IMG/VR virus record: IMGVR_UViG_2579778674_000010
Strand: one strand, 5' to 3'
Length of the DNA: 40,652 nt
Source: a virus
Lineage: Duplodnaviria; Heunggongvirae; Uroviricota; Caudoviricetes
The notes beneath the pieces are model-generated. The model searched no databases, had not been told where the DNA came from, and worked only from the letters and a program-made list of their open reading frames with translations. Of the stretch, positions 1 through 8,982 are shown piece by piece. Positions within the stretch are counted from its first letter, which is position 1. Each line of letters starts with the position of its first letter. A program made the translations under genes and the position numbers.

Positions 1-501
1 CAACGGCACCTGATACAGCCCTGTGGCCTCCAGATTATCCAGATAGAGATTCTGACCGTTACGCCACCAGTTATCCCCGCGATGAAAATCCGGCATCTCA
101 ATTCCCGCCAGATGGTAAGCGTCCCGGAACAGCGTGTAACAGTCCGTCACCCCGTGCTCAAAGCGCCGCCCGGTGAGATGCGGCACACAGCGGAATTTAT
201 GAATCGCCCCCCGGCAGACCAGCCACCACGGCAAATCACTCTGTACCTGCAGCCGCCGGTCGGCCTCACTCAGCCAGGGCTGACCACCGGGGTGGCTGTG
301 GACCAGCGCCACAATCTCACCCTGCATTTCTGCCTGCAGCCAGTCTTCCGGCGACATACGGAAATACGCCTCCGGCTCACCGGAGATATTCACGCAGGGA
401 AAATATCTTTCCTCCTCCGGCGTTCTCACCACGAAGCCGCACGACTCCGCTGGCGCACATCGCCGGGCGTGCGCCAGAATCGCTGATTCTGTCTCTGTCA
501 T
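1..501 (-). CDS. Tail assembly protein K-like (JAMM/MPN plus NlpC/P60), partial; runs off the left edge of the window
   Basis: Manual reverse-strand translation from ATG at 501..499 is open to position 1 (MTETESAILAHARRCAPAESCGFVVRT...). Contains a JAMM-like HSHP...SEADR motif and a DCYTLFRDAY Cys-containing region, as in lambda gpK. Sits directly downstream of the L gene. The track ORF 82..486(+) is antisense to it. Confidence 0.85.
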   Translation of the reverse strand, partial: MTETESAILAHARRCAPAESCGFVVRTPEEERYFPCVNISGEPEAYFRMSPEDWLQAEMQGEIVALVHSHPGGQPWLSEADRRLQVQSDLPWWLVCRGAIHKFRCVPHLTGRRFEHGVTDCYTLFRDAYHLAGIEMPDFHRGDNWWRNGQNLYLDNLEATGLYQVPL

Positions 502-506
502 GGGAT

Positions 507-1205
507 TTACTGCGAAAGTTTGTTAATGGAAAGGAAGCTGCCAAAGTTGCCGACATTATTGCGAAACTTACAGCCACTCAGGCATTTGCTGCATTTATCC
601 TTCGTGATATCGGACGTCGGCTGGTCATATTCATCCGCGACCGCCGGACCGCTATAACCGCACTCATCGCCGCGATAGGTCCAGGTGCAGGTGTTGGCCA
701 GCATGATACGTCCCGGAAAAACAGCGCCATCCGTTTCAGTCGGCGTGGACAGTACAAAAGAGGCACTGACCGCGCTCAGTTCGCTGCACTGCTCGATGCG
801 CCAGCGGCTGATCACCTCCTGCTCCGGATCGGCTTCGCTGTTTCCGTTGACGAAGTTCGCCGCATCCAGAAAGCGGGCGTAAACCTTACGCCGGACCACC
901 GTTCCGCCGACCAGACTCTGCAGATCTTCCGCCATCCCGGTGATCATGCCGTGCAGGTTAGAGACCGTCAGTGTCGGACGGGCAGTACTGCCCTTGCCGT
1001 TCATCTCAAATCCACTCCCCTGAATGGGATAGGCCTGATACTGCCGACTCTGCCAGGTGACAGACTCACCTTTTTCGTTCTGCTCATTACAGAAAAAGTA
1101 GCGATCCCCGCCTACCTCGGTCAGGTCGATTTCCCAGAGCACCACGCTGGCCGACTGCTCCGCACGAATGCATTCATTCAGCGTTTCCTGTTGTATGTCC
1201 TGCAT
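507..1205 (-). CDS. Minor tail protein L (lambda gpL-like)
   Basis: 232-aa [36 protein letters not shown]... with the C-terminal Cys cluster (CSKCLSGCKF) typical of lambda gpL. Gene order H-M-L-K. Confidence 0.9.
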   Translation of the reverse strand: MQDIQQETLNECIRAEQSASVVLWEIDLTEVGGDRYFFCNEQNEKGESVTWQSRQYQAYPIQGSGFEMNGKGSTARPTLTVSNLHGMITGMAEDLQSLVGGTVVRRKVYARFLDAANFVNGNSEADPEQEVISRWRIEQCSELSAVSASFVLSTPTETDGAVFPGRIMLANTCTWTYRGDECGYSGPAVADEYDQPTSDITKDKCSKCLSGCKFRNNVGNFGSFLSINKLSQ

Positions 1206-1543
1206 CAGATCACCACTTCGTCAAACTGACACGAAAAATCGGTATAGGTGATATGTTCTGTCGCTGACCACGTTCGACACACCACTCTGATTTTTCTGTT
1301 AATACCCGGCGGGCGCCAAAAAAAAGATTTATAGCCTTCATGCCGGGCTAAAAATTTTTCAAATGAATCACGTTCATTCGCCTCAACTTTGAAATCACAG
1401 GTGAAAACGCGCAGAGAATGATTAAGTCCATTTGGACTTCGTTGCTCATAACCATCGCCAAATCTTACAGTTTTTATCGATGGTTTATTTTCTGTTTTCA
1501 TTCCATCCTCTGGTAACCAGTGAAATTCTTCCGTATTAGCCAC
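1205..1543 (-). CDS. Minor tail protein M (lambda gpM-like)
   Basis: 112-aa ORF with an RFGDGYEQR motif and overall pattern matching lambda gpM. Position between tape measure and L. Overlaps the tape-measure stop. Confidence 0.8.
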
Positions 1544-4500
1544 TTAACATTCCCCCATCACGTCGCATATTTAACAGATTGCCCTGCACCCGCTGATCAA
1601 CCATCCCCATAAGTGCTTTTATTGCCTGAGGGCCAATCTCTCCATTCTGGCCGTCATTTTGAATAGTGATTTGGTATACAGGGGCATAGGTAATATCTCC
1701 GCCTCCATTACCACTTTTACTATTAATAGCTCTGACACCAAGAGAACCATCGGAAGTTCGTGTTAATGGCATAATGGCTTCCGGACCAGCCTCACCAAAA
1801 ACACCAGCCCCTCTTGCAAAAGCAAAAAATTGCGGGGAATCATAAATACCGTTCGAATACGTGTTCAATGACGGAGACTCATAAACACCGCCCTTTGCAT
1901 TCGGAATAAATTTACTAATAGCACTCCCGATAGTTCCTAAAATCCCCCCAGAAGAACTGTTACTAATGCTGTCGAAAATCCCAGTAATTGAAGCCTTTAA
2001 TGCTATTCGACTAAGATCCGAAATCACGGAAGTAGCGAAAGAACGAAAATTTGCCTTGCCTGTCGTGACAAAATCACCCAGCGCATCGGTCATTCCATCA
2101 AACATCTGAGTCGTGGTTGATTTTATCTGCTCACTGATATCCTTAGTGTCATCCAGCCAGTTATTGAATCCCTGGGAGGCACCACTAACCCAGTCTCCTG
2201 CCTGAATATCGAGCTGCTCGTTTTTCTGTCTGACAATTTCTTTTTCTCGTTCCAGAGCATCATTCAGAGCCTGCATTTTCTCCTGAAAAACATGATTTGA
2301 CATCCCACGGGATTTATCTGCATAGTCACGTTCAAGTTGCAGACGCTGATTGTTATATTCACGTTCAATCCGCAGTAATTCCTGCTGGCGTTGCTGATTT
2401 TTATCGCCAACCCCATAACCAGCAATCTGAATATCATACCCCTGTTGACGATTATCAATCGAAGCCTGCAATGAATCACGCCATGCAGCTATTTCGGCGG
2501 ATTCCTTGATTAGCCTGTTATTTTTTTCAATCGCAACATTTTTCTCCATCAACGCGGTTATTTCTTCCCGGTGTAAGAGAAGCGATTTCTGATCCTGGGT
2601 TAATTTCGATGACGGTCGTGACTCCAGGTCGGCAATCTGCTGACGCCACTTAACCAGTTCCTGTTCAGAGGAACTTAATTTAACGGTTAATTCAGTTTGT
2701 GAACTTAGTAACGCATTCTGTTGATTCAGATGATCAATCATTCGTTGGGCAGCATCATCCGAATAACCTTTCGCCTTTGGTTGCTTTGGATCTTTATAAC
2801 GCTCATTTATTTGAGCGATAAAATTATTATATTCTTCCTTTGAATACTGACTCTTTAGCTTTTCCAGTTTTGCAAGTTCACTAGCTCTCTGCTGCTCCCG
2901 GGTCTGATATTGTTTTGAAAAGGCATCTGCTCTCTGTCTGAGTTCAATTCCTTCCTGTTGTCGCTTGTTGTAATCGTTTATTGATGAATTTAGGACGTCC
3001 TGAGCAATTTTTTCTGCTTGAAGTACGCCCAATTGCTGCTTTAATCGTGCCAGCCTTTTATTTTGAGCTCCGCCATCTCCAATGCCACCTAACCCAAAAA
3101 CTCCGGGTCGGGTATTTTTTTCTATTTCATCAATTTGACGGAGAACATCTGAGATTTTTTGATCAAGGGAGGCCTCACGGCCAATGTCCAGCATGGAATC
3201 CCATGCCCATTTTGCGGAGTCTGCGACAGCTTTCCATGCAGTCTCAAGATAACCAAGATTTTCTTTAATCTGGTTGGTGCGCTGGATCATTGAGGATGAG
3301 TATGCTTCTGTCGCAATGCGGGCGGCCTCCTGCTGGTTCCCTTCATCCTGTAGCGCCTTAATCTGGTTATAAGTCGCAATTGTCAGAAAATGGTACTGAT
3401 CATTAAGTTTTGATATGGCACTGACAGGATCCTTTGCAATTTCATTGAAGTCATTAACCAGTTGTTCGGTTGATATTCCTGTTACTTCGCTCGTTTTTAC
3501 TATCGCTGTCGTCACTTGCTCCAGCGAACTGCTCGCTACCTTTCCCGAACGCACAAGCTGGTTTAATACTGCCGCCGCAGCGCCAGTTGTCGAATCAGCC
3601 GCATTCCCGGCACGTTGAGCTATATCGGCCAATTGCCCGCTGGTTGTCCCCAACTGATTTCCGGTAAGAATAAGAGATTTATTAAATTCGTCCTGCTCCT
3701 GAGAGCCTTTATAGTAAGCCAGTCCTAAGACCCCAACGGCTGCTGCGGCCAGGGTAAAAGGATTAATTAATCCCAGCACATAAGAACCTACACCTTTGAT
3801 CGCCGGGCCAATCCCACCGAACATATCTTTTAGCTGGCCGCCCTGCTGCATTAACACCATAAATGGCGACTGACCAGTGGACAACCCAACAACAATATCC
3901 GTCATTTGTGCAGGCAACATGCGCATAGCAAAAGCCGTTTGTTTTGCCGACATTCCGGTTTTGCTTAATTGTGATTGAGTAACCTCAAGCTCACTCCGCA
4001 TAGCACGAAGTTTTCCAGAAAGCTCCTCATACATTTCAGGAGAAAGCATCCCCTTAGCTTTTGCTTCATTGAGCTGTTTCTGTTGTTCTACCAGACGATT
4101 AAAAGCAGTTCCGACAGGATCAAGTTGAGCAATCAGACGTTGCAAAGCAACAACCTGTTCATCATGCGCTTTTGCTGCTTCTCGCTCTGCCTGAGCCTCT
4201 CCGGTAAGCTCTCGCCGTGTTTCCTGTATTTTTCGGCTATAATTCTCAAACTGAGAACCATTTATTTTCCCGGATGCAAACGCAGCATTAAGTTCATCAT
4301 GCTGTTGTTCAAGATTTCTTAGCGCCGCAGCCAGAGGGTCGATCTTGTCCAGCATTCTTTGAAAGGCCTGAGCCTGCGCTTCCTGCTGGGCGGCAGCAAG
4401 TTTTCCGGCCTTCTCGGCTTCTCTCTGCGCTTGCGCAACCCCGCTCAATTCCTCTGTGGTTTCATTAAGTTTACGGACAAGAAATTCATATTCTTCTTTA

Positions 4501-4769
4501 TCAATAAGCCCTTTATCGAAAAATTTCTTTAATTCAGAATAGCGTCGACCGACAGTATCAATTGCGGCACCAACTGGATCAATAGCTGCTTTTAATTTTG
4601 CGAGCGCGTTCTTCTCATCTTCTGTTGCCTTAGTCACTTTCCCTGCGCTATTTGCAGCAGTTTCCCCAGCCTGCGTCATTTTGACTAATGAGGAGGTCAG
4701 ATTGTCAGCATTATTTTTCGCTCCAGTGCTATCAATAATTATTGCGAGACGCGAGGTTTGCTCTGCCAT
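1536..4769 (-). CDS. Tail tape measure protein
   Basis: 1077-aa ORF, alanine/glutamine-rich coiled-coil N-terminal half with repeated modules, central hydrophobic/glycine-rich segment. Lies between the tail chaperone genes and M. AGGAG ribosome-binding site before the ATG. Confidence 0.85.
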
Positions 4770-4783
4770 TTATTAAAACTCCT

Positions 4784-4814
4784 GACAACAAAAAACCCAC
4801 CGCGAAGTGGGTTT
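4784..4814 (-). terminator. Intrinsic-terminator-like hairpin between the chaperone T region and tape measure
   Basis: Plus-strand aaacccac-cgcgaa-gtgggttt (8-bp stem) preceded by an A-run, so the minus-strand RNA has the hairpin followed by UUUUGUUGU. Confidence 0.5.
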
Positions 4815-4934
4815 CAGGCGACATAATAGTAGATATAGCGATTACGAGGCCACGCAATGCTTTTCTCCAGGAGCATCATCGATTTAATTAAAGACACCAT
4901 CACATCTCTGTAACAGAGTGTACGTAATTAACAA

Positions 4935-5256
4935 CTACACACACTGCTCCTGAAAATACTGGTCATCCAGTGCAAAGATCACTGCTTCAAATTCATCGCG
5001 CTCAATCAATACCGGATGAGTGGCTAAATATTCATTTATCTCTGTCAGAGATAAAGGCAAAGGCACCCCAGCCATTCCAGCATAACGTCGGGCACGGGAT
5101 ATTACCGAATAGGCGTACAACAACTCCTTAAGCACCGGGTCTATTTCTGGTTCCGGTATCGGTGGCAACCTGAGTTTTTCTCGCTTCCATCTTGCCTTTT
5201 CCCCCCTTTCTCCCCCGAACTCCGATAACCACCGCTGGGCAGCTATGGCTTTTTTA
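4935..5256 (-). CDS. Tail assembly chaperone T-region, expressed as a G-T fusion by -1 frameshift
   Basis: The 77-aa track ORF frame stays open upstream (without an ATG) to the slippery heptamer A-AAA-AAG (minus strand, plus 5249..5255) at the end of the G ORF. Reading in -1 from there gives ...KKAIAAQRWLSEFGGERGEKARWKREKLRLPPIPEPEIDPV... Confidence 0.6.
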
Positions 5257-5704
5257 TCGTATCCTGCTTCTGCTGCTCTTTACCCTGGGCGATGCTGGCT
5301 GCTTCTGCAAGGATCTGCCAGTACAACTCTGGATTCTGCTTAAGCAGCGCGATCCCTCGTTCTGCCGTATATTCCAGTGCAACCTCAACACCATTAACCA
5401 GTTCACCAACCCCTTTCCAGTCTTTCAGCAGATAACGAGCGGCATTATCAATGAGTAAATCATCAACAGAATCCACCTCGGAAACCTTTGAAATATCAAA
5501 CTCCTTCGTTCCGACGTGCAAACTGGCATCCATTTTCTCAATGTGGCGACGGATTAATGCATTACGGGAGCGATACTGATCGTTATCGCTGCTTGCCACC
5601 AACAGTTTTAACCCGTCTACAGGTTTTAAGTCCTTCATTGGCGTAAACCAGCGTTCTCCACCAATGATAATTTTCTGATTAAGAATAAACATCCATAACC
5701 TCAT
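5243..5704 (-). CDS. Tail assembly chaperone G-like
   Basis: 153-aa acidic ORF immediately downstream of the major tail gene, ending ...DTIKKP-stop with the slippery site in its last codons. An alternative start at the second Met (5692) is possible. Confidence 0.7.
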   Translation of the reverse strand: MRLWMFILNQKIIIGGERWFTPMKDLKPVDGLKLLVASSDNDQYRSRNALIRRHIEKMDASLHVGTKEFDISKVSEVDSVDDLLIDNAARYLLKDWKGVGELVNGVEVALEYTAERGIALLKQNPELYWQILAEAASIAQGKEQQKQDTIKKP

Positions 5705-5752
5705 TCAATGCGTCCCCCTGTAGGGCAGTACCACAGGAGGAATAACGGAAAA

Positions 5753-6715
5753 TCAACTAATCGCCTCAGCACTGGCTTTTGCGATCACGGCAGCCGGGGA
5801 ATTTTTTTTTCTGGTTATCGTAGGTGCTTCATCTGCTGCGGTAATGCTCAATTGAACCTGGATAATGTCGCTATTACCCCCATCAGGCCATTCACCTGAC
5901 ACCTGAACCTTCGGGAAACTGAAAGTGTATGCCCCCTCTCCATTCGAAAGCGTGAAGCTGAACGGAACTGTTTCTCCAGTCAGTGTTTTACTCCAGATTT
6001 CCCACGCGGCTTTAGACCATGAAAGCGTCACCGTACCGGACGGTGTAAAAGTAGTCGGAATATTTGCTCCTGCATAAGGCGAGCCAGTCCCGATACAACG
6101 CTGTGTCTGGAGTTTGTTATCGAACTGAATATCAAAACTGTCGATACAAAAACCGTTACCTCCGGCAACACCATTCAGGCTTACTGCTGAAACCTCCTTA
6201 AACGAATAACGTAGCTTTCCTGCACTACCCACAGGTTCGCCTTTGATAAAATTCGTATCATCGGCCTTTGATTCCCAGTCCAGTCCGGCAAAGGTTACGG
6301 TCGCTGTAATATCGCCGTCGTTAGGGATCTGCATTTTCCATGAGCCAACCTGCGCTCCTCTGACGACAGAGGCAATTCCGACATCGGACGCATAGGTCGC
6401 CAGAGAAAATGTTATTCGCTCATTCCCCATTGTCAGAGAATCGCCTGACCATTCCGCGCCGAAACAGGATGCAAGAAAATCATCATGTTGACCCCAGCGA
6501 AATTTGGTACCAACATCACCGCCGACATCCACAGTGCCAGGCGTCGCCCCCTGAGCCATCCGGGAGCCACCAATCTCATTATTTTCGCCTTTATTCTGGG
6601 TGGGTTTTACTCCCCAGCTTGTGCGTTTTAATAAACTCCAGTCACCACTTGCTGGCGTAGTGCCTGCAACCGTCTCCCGGATAAATGCCGAGATAACCTT
6701 TGCACCTGAACTCAC
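5753..6715 (-). CDS. Major tail (tube) protein
   Basis: 320-aa ORF, Gly/Thr/Ser-rich beta-type composition, located just upstream of the chaperone and tape-measure genes. Assigned by position and composition, not by recalled sequence identity. Confidence 0.65.
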   Translation of the reverse strand: MSSGAKVISAFIRETVAGTTPASGDWSLLKRTSWGVKPTQNKGENNEIGGSRMAQGATPGTVDVGGDVGTKFRWGQHDDFLASCFGAEWSGDSLTMGNERITFSLATYASDVGIASVVRGAQVGSWKMQIPNDGDITATVTFAGLDWESKADDTNFIKGEPVGSAGKLRYSFKEVSAVSLNGVAGGNGFCIDSFDIQFDNKLQTQRCIGTGSPYAGANIPTTFTPSGTVTLSWSKAAWEIWSKTLTGETVPFSFTLSNGEGAYTFSFPKVQVSGEWPDGGNSDIIQVQLSITAADEAPTITRKKNSPAAVIAKASAEAIS

Positions 6716-6741
6716 AGGAGCCTCCTATGTCATTAATTGCG

Positions 6742-7134
6742 CTAGAGCGCGCGATATGGAATTTGAAGATTAAGCTGGAACCAGCCATTCTTTTCGCCAA
6801 CGGCTATTGAGGAAACAGCCTGGTAACTGAGACGATCGTCATCCTGAAACTCAAACAGTTCCCGCAATTTATCGGCTGTCTCAGTAATGAGTTTTGAACC
6901 AGAACCTGCGGGGACAAATAACTGAATAATGATTATCCCCGTGCGATAAACAATCGGCCCCGCGCCAATTTCATTAACTCCAGCCTGCCCGGGAATATTA
7001 CTTAACCGCGCCCAGATTAACTTACCGGAAGGATCGAACGTTGGCGCGTTCGGATACAATACGTCTTTTCCATCAATAATCGTCTGTGCCGTCATTCTGG
7101 AAATAACCGTATTTCTGATTTCAGTAAACGTCAT
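6742..7134 (-). CDS. Small tail component (tail terminator or completion protein), start taken at MTFTEIR
   Basis: The track ORF 6742..7167 begins inside IS1; the first Met outside the element is at 7134 (MTFTEIRNTVISRM...). Position immediately upstream of the major tail gene. Confidence 0.5.
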   Translation of the reverse strand: MTFTEIRNTVISRMTAQTIIDGKDVLYPNAPTFDPSGKLIWARLSNIPGQAGVNEIGAGPIVYRTGIIIIQLFVPAGSGSKLITETADKLRELFEFQDDDRLSYQAVSSIAVGEKNGWFQLNLQIPYRAL

Positions 7135-7208
7135 TTGTAAGCCTGTAAAACACGGTAATGCTGCCAACTTACTGATTTAGTGTATGATGGTGATTTTAAG
7201 GTGCTTGC

Positions 7209-7484
7209 GTGGCTTCCATTTCCATCAGATGTCCTTCCTGCTCCGCTACTGAAGGCGTGGTGCGTAACGGCAAAAGCACTGCCGGACATCAGCGCTATCT
7301 CTGCTCTCACTGCCGTAAAACATGGCAACTGCAGTTCACTTACACCGCTTCTCAACCCGGTACGCACCAGAAAATCATTGATATGGCCATGAATGGCGTC
7401 GGATGTCGCGCCAGTGCACGCATTATGGGCGTTGGCCTCAACACGGTTTTACGTCACTTAAAAAACTCAGGCCGCAGTCGGTAA
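7209..7484 (+). CDS. insA: IS1 InsA
   Basis: 91-aa [61 protein letters not shown]..., recognised as IS1 InsA (zinc finger plus HTH). Confidence 0.95.
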   Translation: MASISIRCPSCSATEGVVRNGKSTAGHQRYLCSHCRKTWQLQFTYTASQPGTHQKIIDMAMNGVGCRASARIMGVGLNTVLRHLKNSGRSR

Positions 7485-7906
7485 CCTCGCGCATACAACC
7501 GGGCAGTGATGTGATTGTCTGCGCTGAAATGGACGAACAGTGGGGCTACGTCGGTGCTAAATCACGTCAGCGCTGGCTGTTTTACGCGTATGACAGGATA
7601 CGGAGGACGGTTGTGGCGCACGTCTTCGGTGAACGCACTCTGGCCACACTGGAGTGTCTTCTGAGCCTGCTGTCGGCCTTTGAGGTCGTGGTATGGATGA
7701 CGGATGGCTGGCCGCTGTATGAATCACGCCTGAAGGGAAAGCTGCACGTTATCAGCAAGCGTTACACTCAGCGCATTGAGCGACATAATCTGAATCTGAG
7801 ACAACATCTGGCAAGGCTGGGACGGAAGTCACTGTCGTTCTCAAAATCGGTGGAGCTGCATGACAAGGTCATCGGGCATTATCTGAACATAAAACACTAT
7901 CAGTAA
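7403..7906 (+). CDS. insB: IS1 InsB reading frame (made as InsAB' transposase by -1 frameshift)
   Basis: 167-aa ORF ...[41 protein letters not shown]... recognised as InsB. A6C slippery motif (aaaaaac) at 7460..7466 within the insA/insB overlap. Confidence 0.9.
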   Translation: MSRQCTHYGRWPQHGFTSLKKLRPQSVTSRIQPGSDVIVCAEMDEQWGYVGAKSRQRWLFYAYDRIRRTVVAHVFGERTLATLECLLSLLSAFEVVVWMTDGWPLYESRLKGKLHVISKRYTQRIERHNLNLRQHLARLGRKSLSFSKSVELHDKVIGHYLNIKHYQ

Positions 7907-7921
7907 GTTGGAGTCATTACC

Positions 7922-7981
7922 TACATCTTCCTCAATCATCCCGGCAAATATTGACGGTTCTATATCCCATGCCTTTGCCAT
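7922..7981 (-). pseudogene. 5-prime fragment (20 codons) of a phage head-tail joining gene, cut by IS1
   Basis: ATG at 7981..7979 directly follows the TAA stop of the upstream gene (TAAATG packing). MAKAWDIEPSIFAGMIEEDV then reads straight into the IS1 right end at a codon boundary. No in-frame continuation on the far side of IS1. Confidence 0.5.
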
Positions 7982-8365
7982 TTACGCTCTCCTTAACTGG
8001 ATAGAGTAAACTGATGCGGAAGGATCTACACTTGCTGTAATTACCTCGTATCGTTGTAACTGCCTTGATACAGGATCATAAATCTCAATAATATGGTCGA
8101 CAGCTGGTTTATCCGTAACCTCGCATACCAGAGCGGTTAATTTAAGGTCACCATGCAAAATATTAATCCCATCAATTCTGCCCAGCTTATAACGTGTCAA
8201 CACGCCTCGCCCGGTATAGATTGCGGTGGATTCGCCGCCAGTTTCCGTCACAGGATCCCAGTGCCGGTGCGTAACGTAAGAACCAGAAAAATCACTCACG
8301 GCGTCCGCTAAATCCTCATCAAAAGCAGCGGCAACCTCTGACTGAATCTCTTCACGAAGCCCCAT
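7982..8365 (-). CDS. Head-tail joining protein (head closure/adaptor-like)
   Basis: 127-aa ORF between the connector-like gene and the IS1-disrupted gene; start overlaps the upstream stop. Assigned by position. Confidence 0.5.
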   Translation of the reverse strand: MGLREEIQSEVAAAFDEDLADAVSDFSGSYVTHRHWDPVTETGGESTAIYTGRGVLTRYKLGRIDGINILHGDLKLTALVCEVTDKPAVDHIIEIYDPVSRQLQRYEVITASVDPSASVYSIQLRRA

Positions 8366-8760
8366 TATCCCCCCCTCACAACCCTGACTTGTGAGCGACT
8401 AAGTCCGTACGGTTTCAGCAGTGCTATCGCAAGCTGTAAATCGGGTTCAAGCAATGCAGTGCTGTTTGCTGGCAACTCAGAAAATGATTTCGATACACTG
8501 ACCCCGTCAGCCGACACGGCTTTACTGATAACAACGCCAGAATCATTTTTCTGCTGAAACAACTTACCGAATGAGGCAATTCTGGCTGCATATGCTCCCG
8601 CAAGTTTTACCTCTTCCGGAATACGGGATGGGTTAATTTTCAGGTTGAAGCCATTAAGCCAGGCATTAGCCATTAAAACAGCTTTATTTTTAGCGTTCTC
8701 ACTCGTCCAGGCGTTCCCAAACGCATTATCAACGTCATCACAGGTCACGTAAGTGATCAT
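8365..8760 (-). CDS. Head-tail connector protein (gp6-like)
   Basis: 131-aa ORF downstream of the capsid gene, in the position and size range of gp6-like connector proteins. Confidence 0.5.
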   Translation of the reverse strand: MITYVTCDDVDNAFGNAWTSENAKNKAVLMANAWLNGFNLKINPSRIPEEVKLAGAYAARIASFGKLFQQKNDSGVVISKAVSADGVSVSKSFSELPANSTALLEPDLQLAIALLKPYGLSRSQVRVVRGG

Positions 8761-8763
8761 GTG

Positions 8764-8940
8764 TTACTCCTGAGTTTTCCAGCCCATAGCCTTCCAGTTG
8801 TCAACTTCATCAGGATGAACATTAGCGATAGTTGGTGCGCCGGGAAACATCTGATAATCGGTCACCATAACCACTAACTCAATTTGCGTTTTTTGTGCGG
8901 CTTCACGCTGTGCTCTTTGCTCTTTAGTTAATCCGGCCAT
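8764..8940 (-). CDS. Small hypothetical protein (58 aa) between capsid and connector genes
   Basis: Manual translation MAGLTKEQRAQREAAQKTQIELVVMVTDYQMFPGAPTIANVHPDEVDNWKAMGWKTQE; absent from the ORF track because it is under 60 aa. G-rich stretch before the ATG; tightly packed with the next gene. Confidence 0.3.
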   Translation of the reverse strand: MAGLTKEQRAQREAAQKTQIELVVMVTDYQMFPGAPTIANVHPDEVDNWKAMGWKTQE

Positions 8941-8951
8941 ATGCCCCCCAT

Positions 8952-8972
8952 TAAAAATGGGGCCGAAGCCCC
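8952..8972 (-). terminator. Hairpin with short U-run just downstream of the capsid gene
   Basis: Plus ggggc-cgaa-gcccc at 8959..8972; the minus-strand RNA has a GGGGC-UUCG-GCCCC tetraloop hairpin followed by AUUUUUAAU. Confidence 0.4.
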
Positions 8973-8982
8973 GTTTGAATGT

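Larger units (their letters stand above)
7154..7921 (+). mobile_element. IS1: IS1 insertion sequence, 768 bp, complete with both terminal inverted repeats
   Basis: Left end GGTAATGCTGCCAACTTACTGAT at 7154; right end ATCAGTAAGTTGGAGTCATTACC ending at 7921. insA and insB ORFs inside. The 9 bp flanking each end (gtaaaacac and tacatcttc) are not a direct repeat. Confidence 0.95.

Noticed and set aside
82-486. 134-aa plus-strand ORF at the left edge
   Set aside because: It is antisense to a clearly coding minus-strand gene (tail assembly protein K, with JAMM and NlpC motifs) whose frame is open from 501 to position 1. No ribosome-binding site or recognisable family.
2264-4322. Several 65 to 115-aa ORFs on both strands inside the tape measure gene
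   Set aside because: All lie within or antisense to the 1077-aa tape measure ORF, have low-complexity or skewed composition, and lack ribosome-binding sites.
7131-7392. ORFs 7131..7367(-) and 7180..7392(+) overlapping the IS1 left end
   Set aside because: They overlap the IS1 terminal region and insA in other frames. IS1 is known to encode only InsA and InsB/InsAB'.
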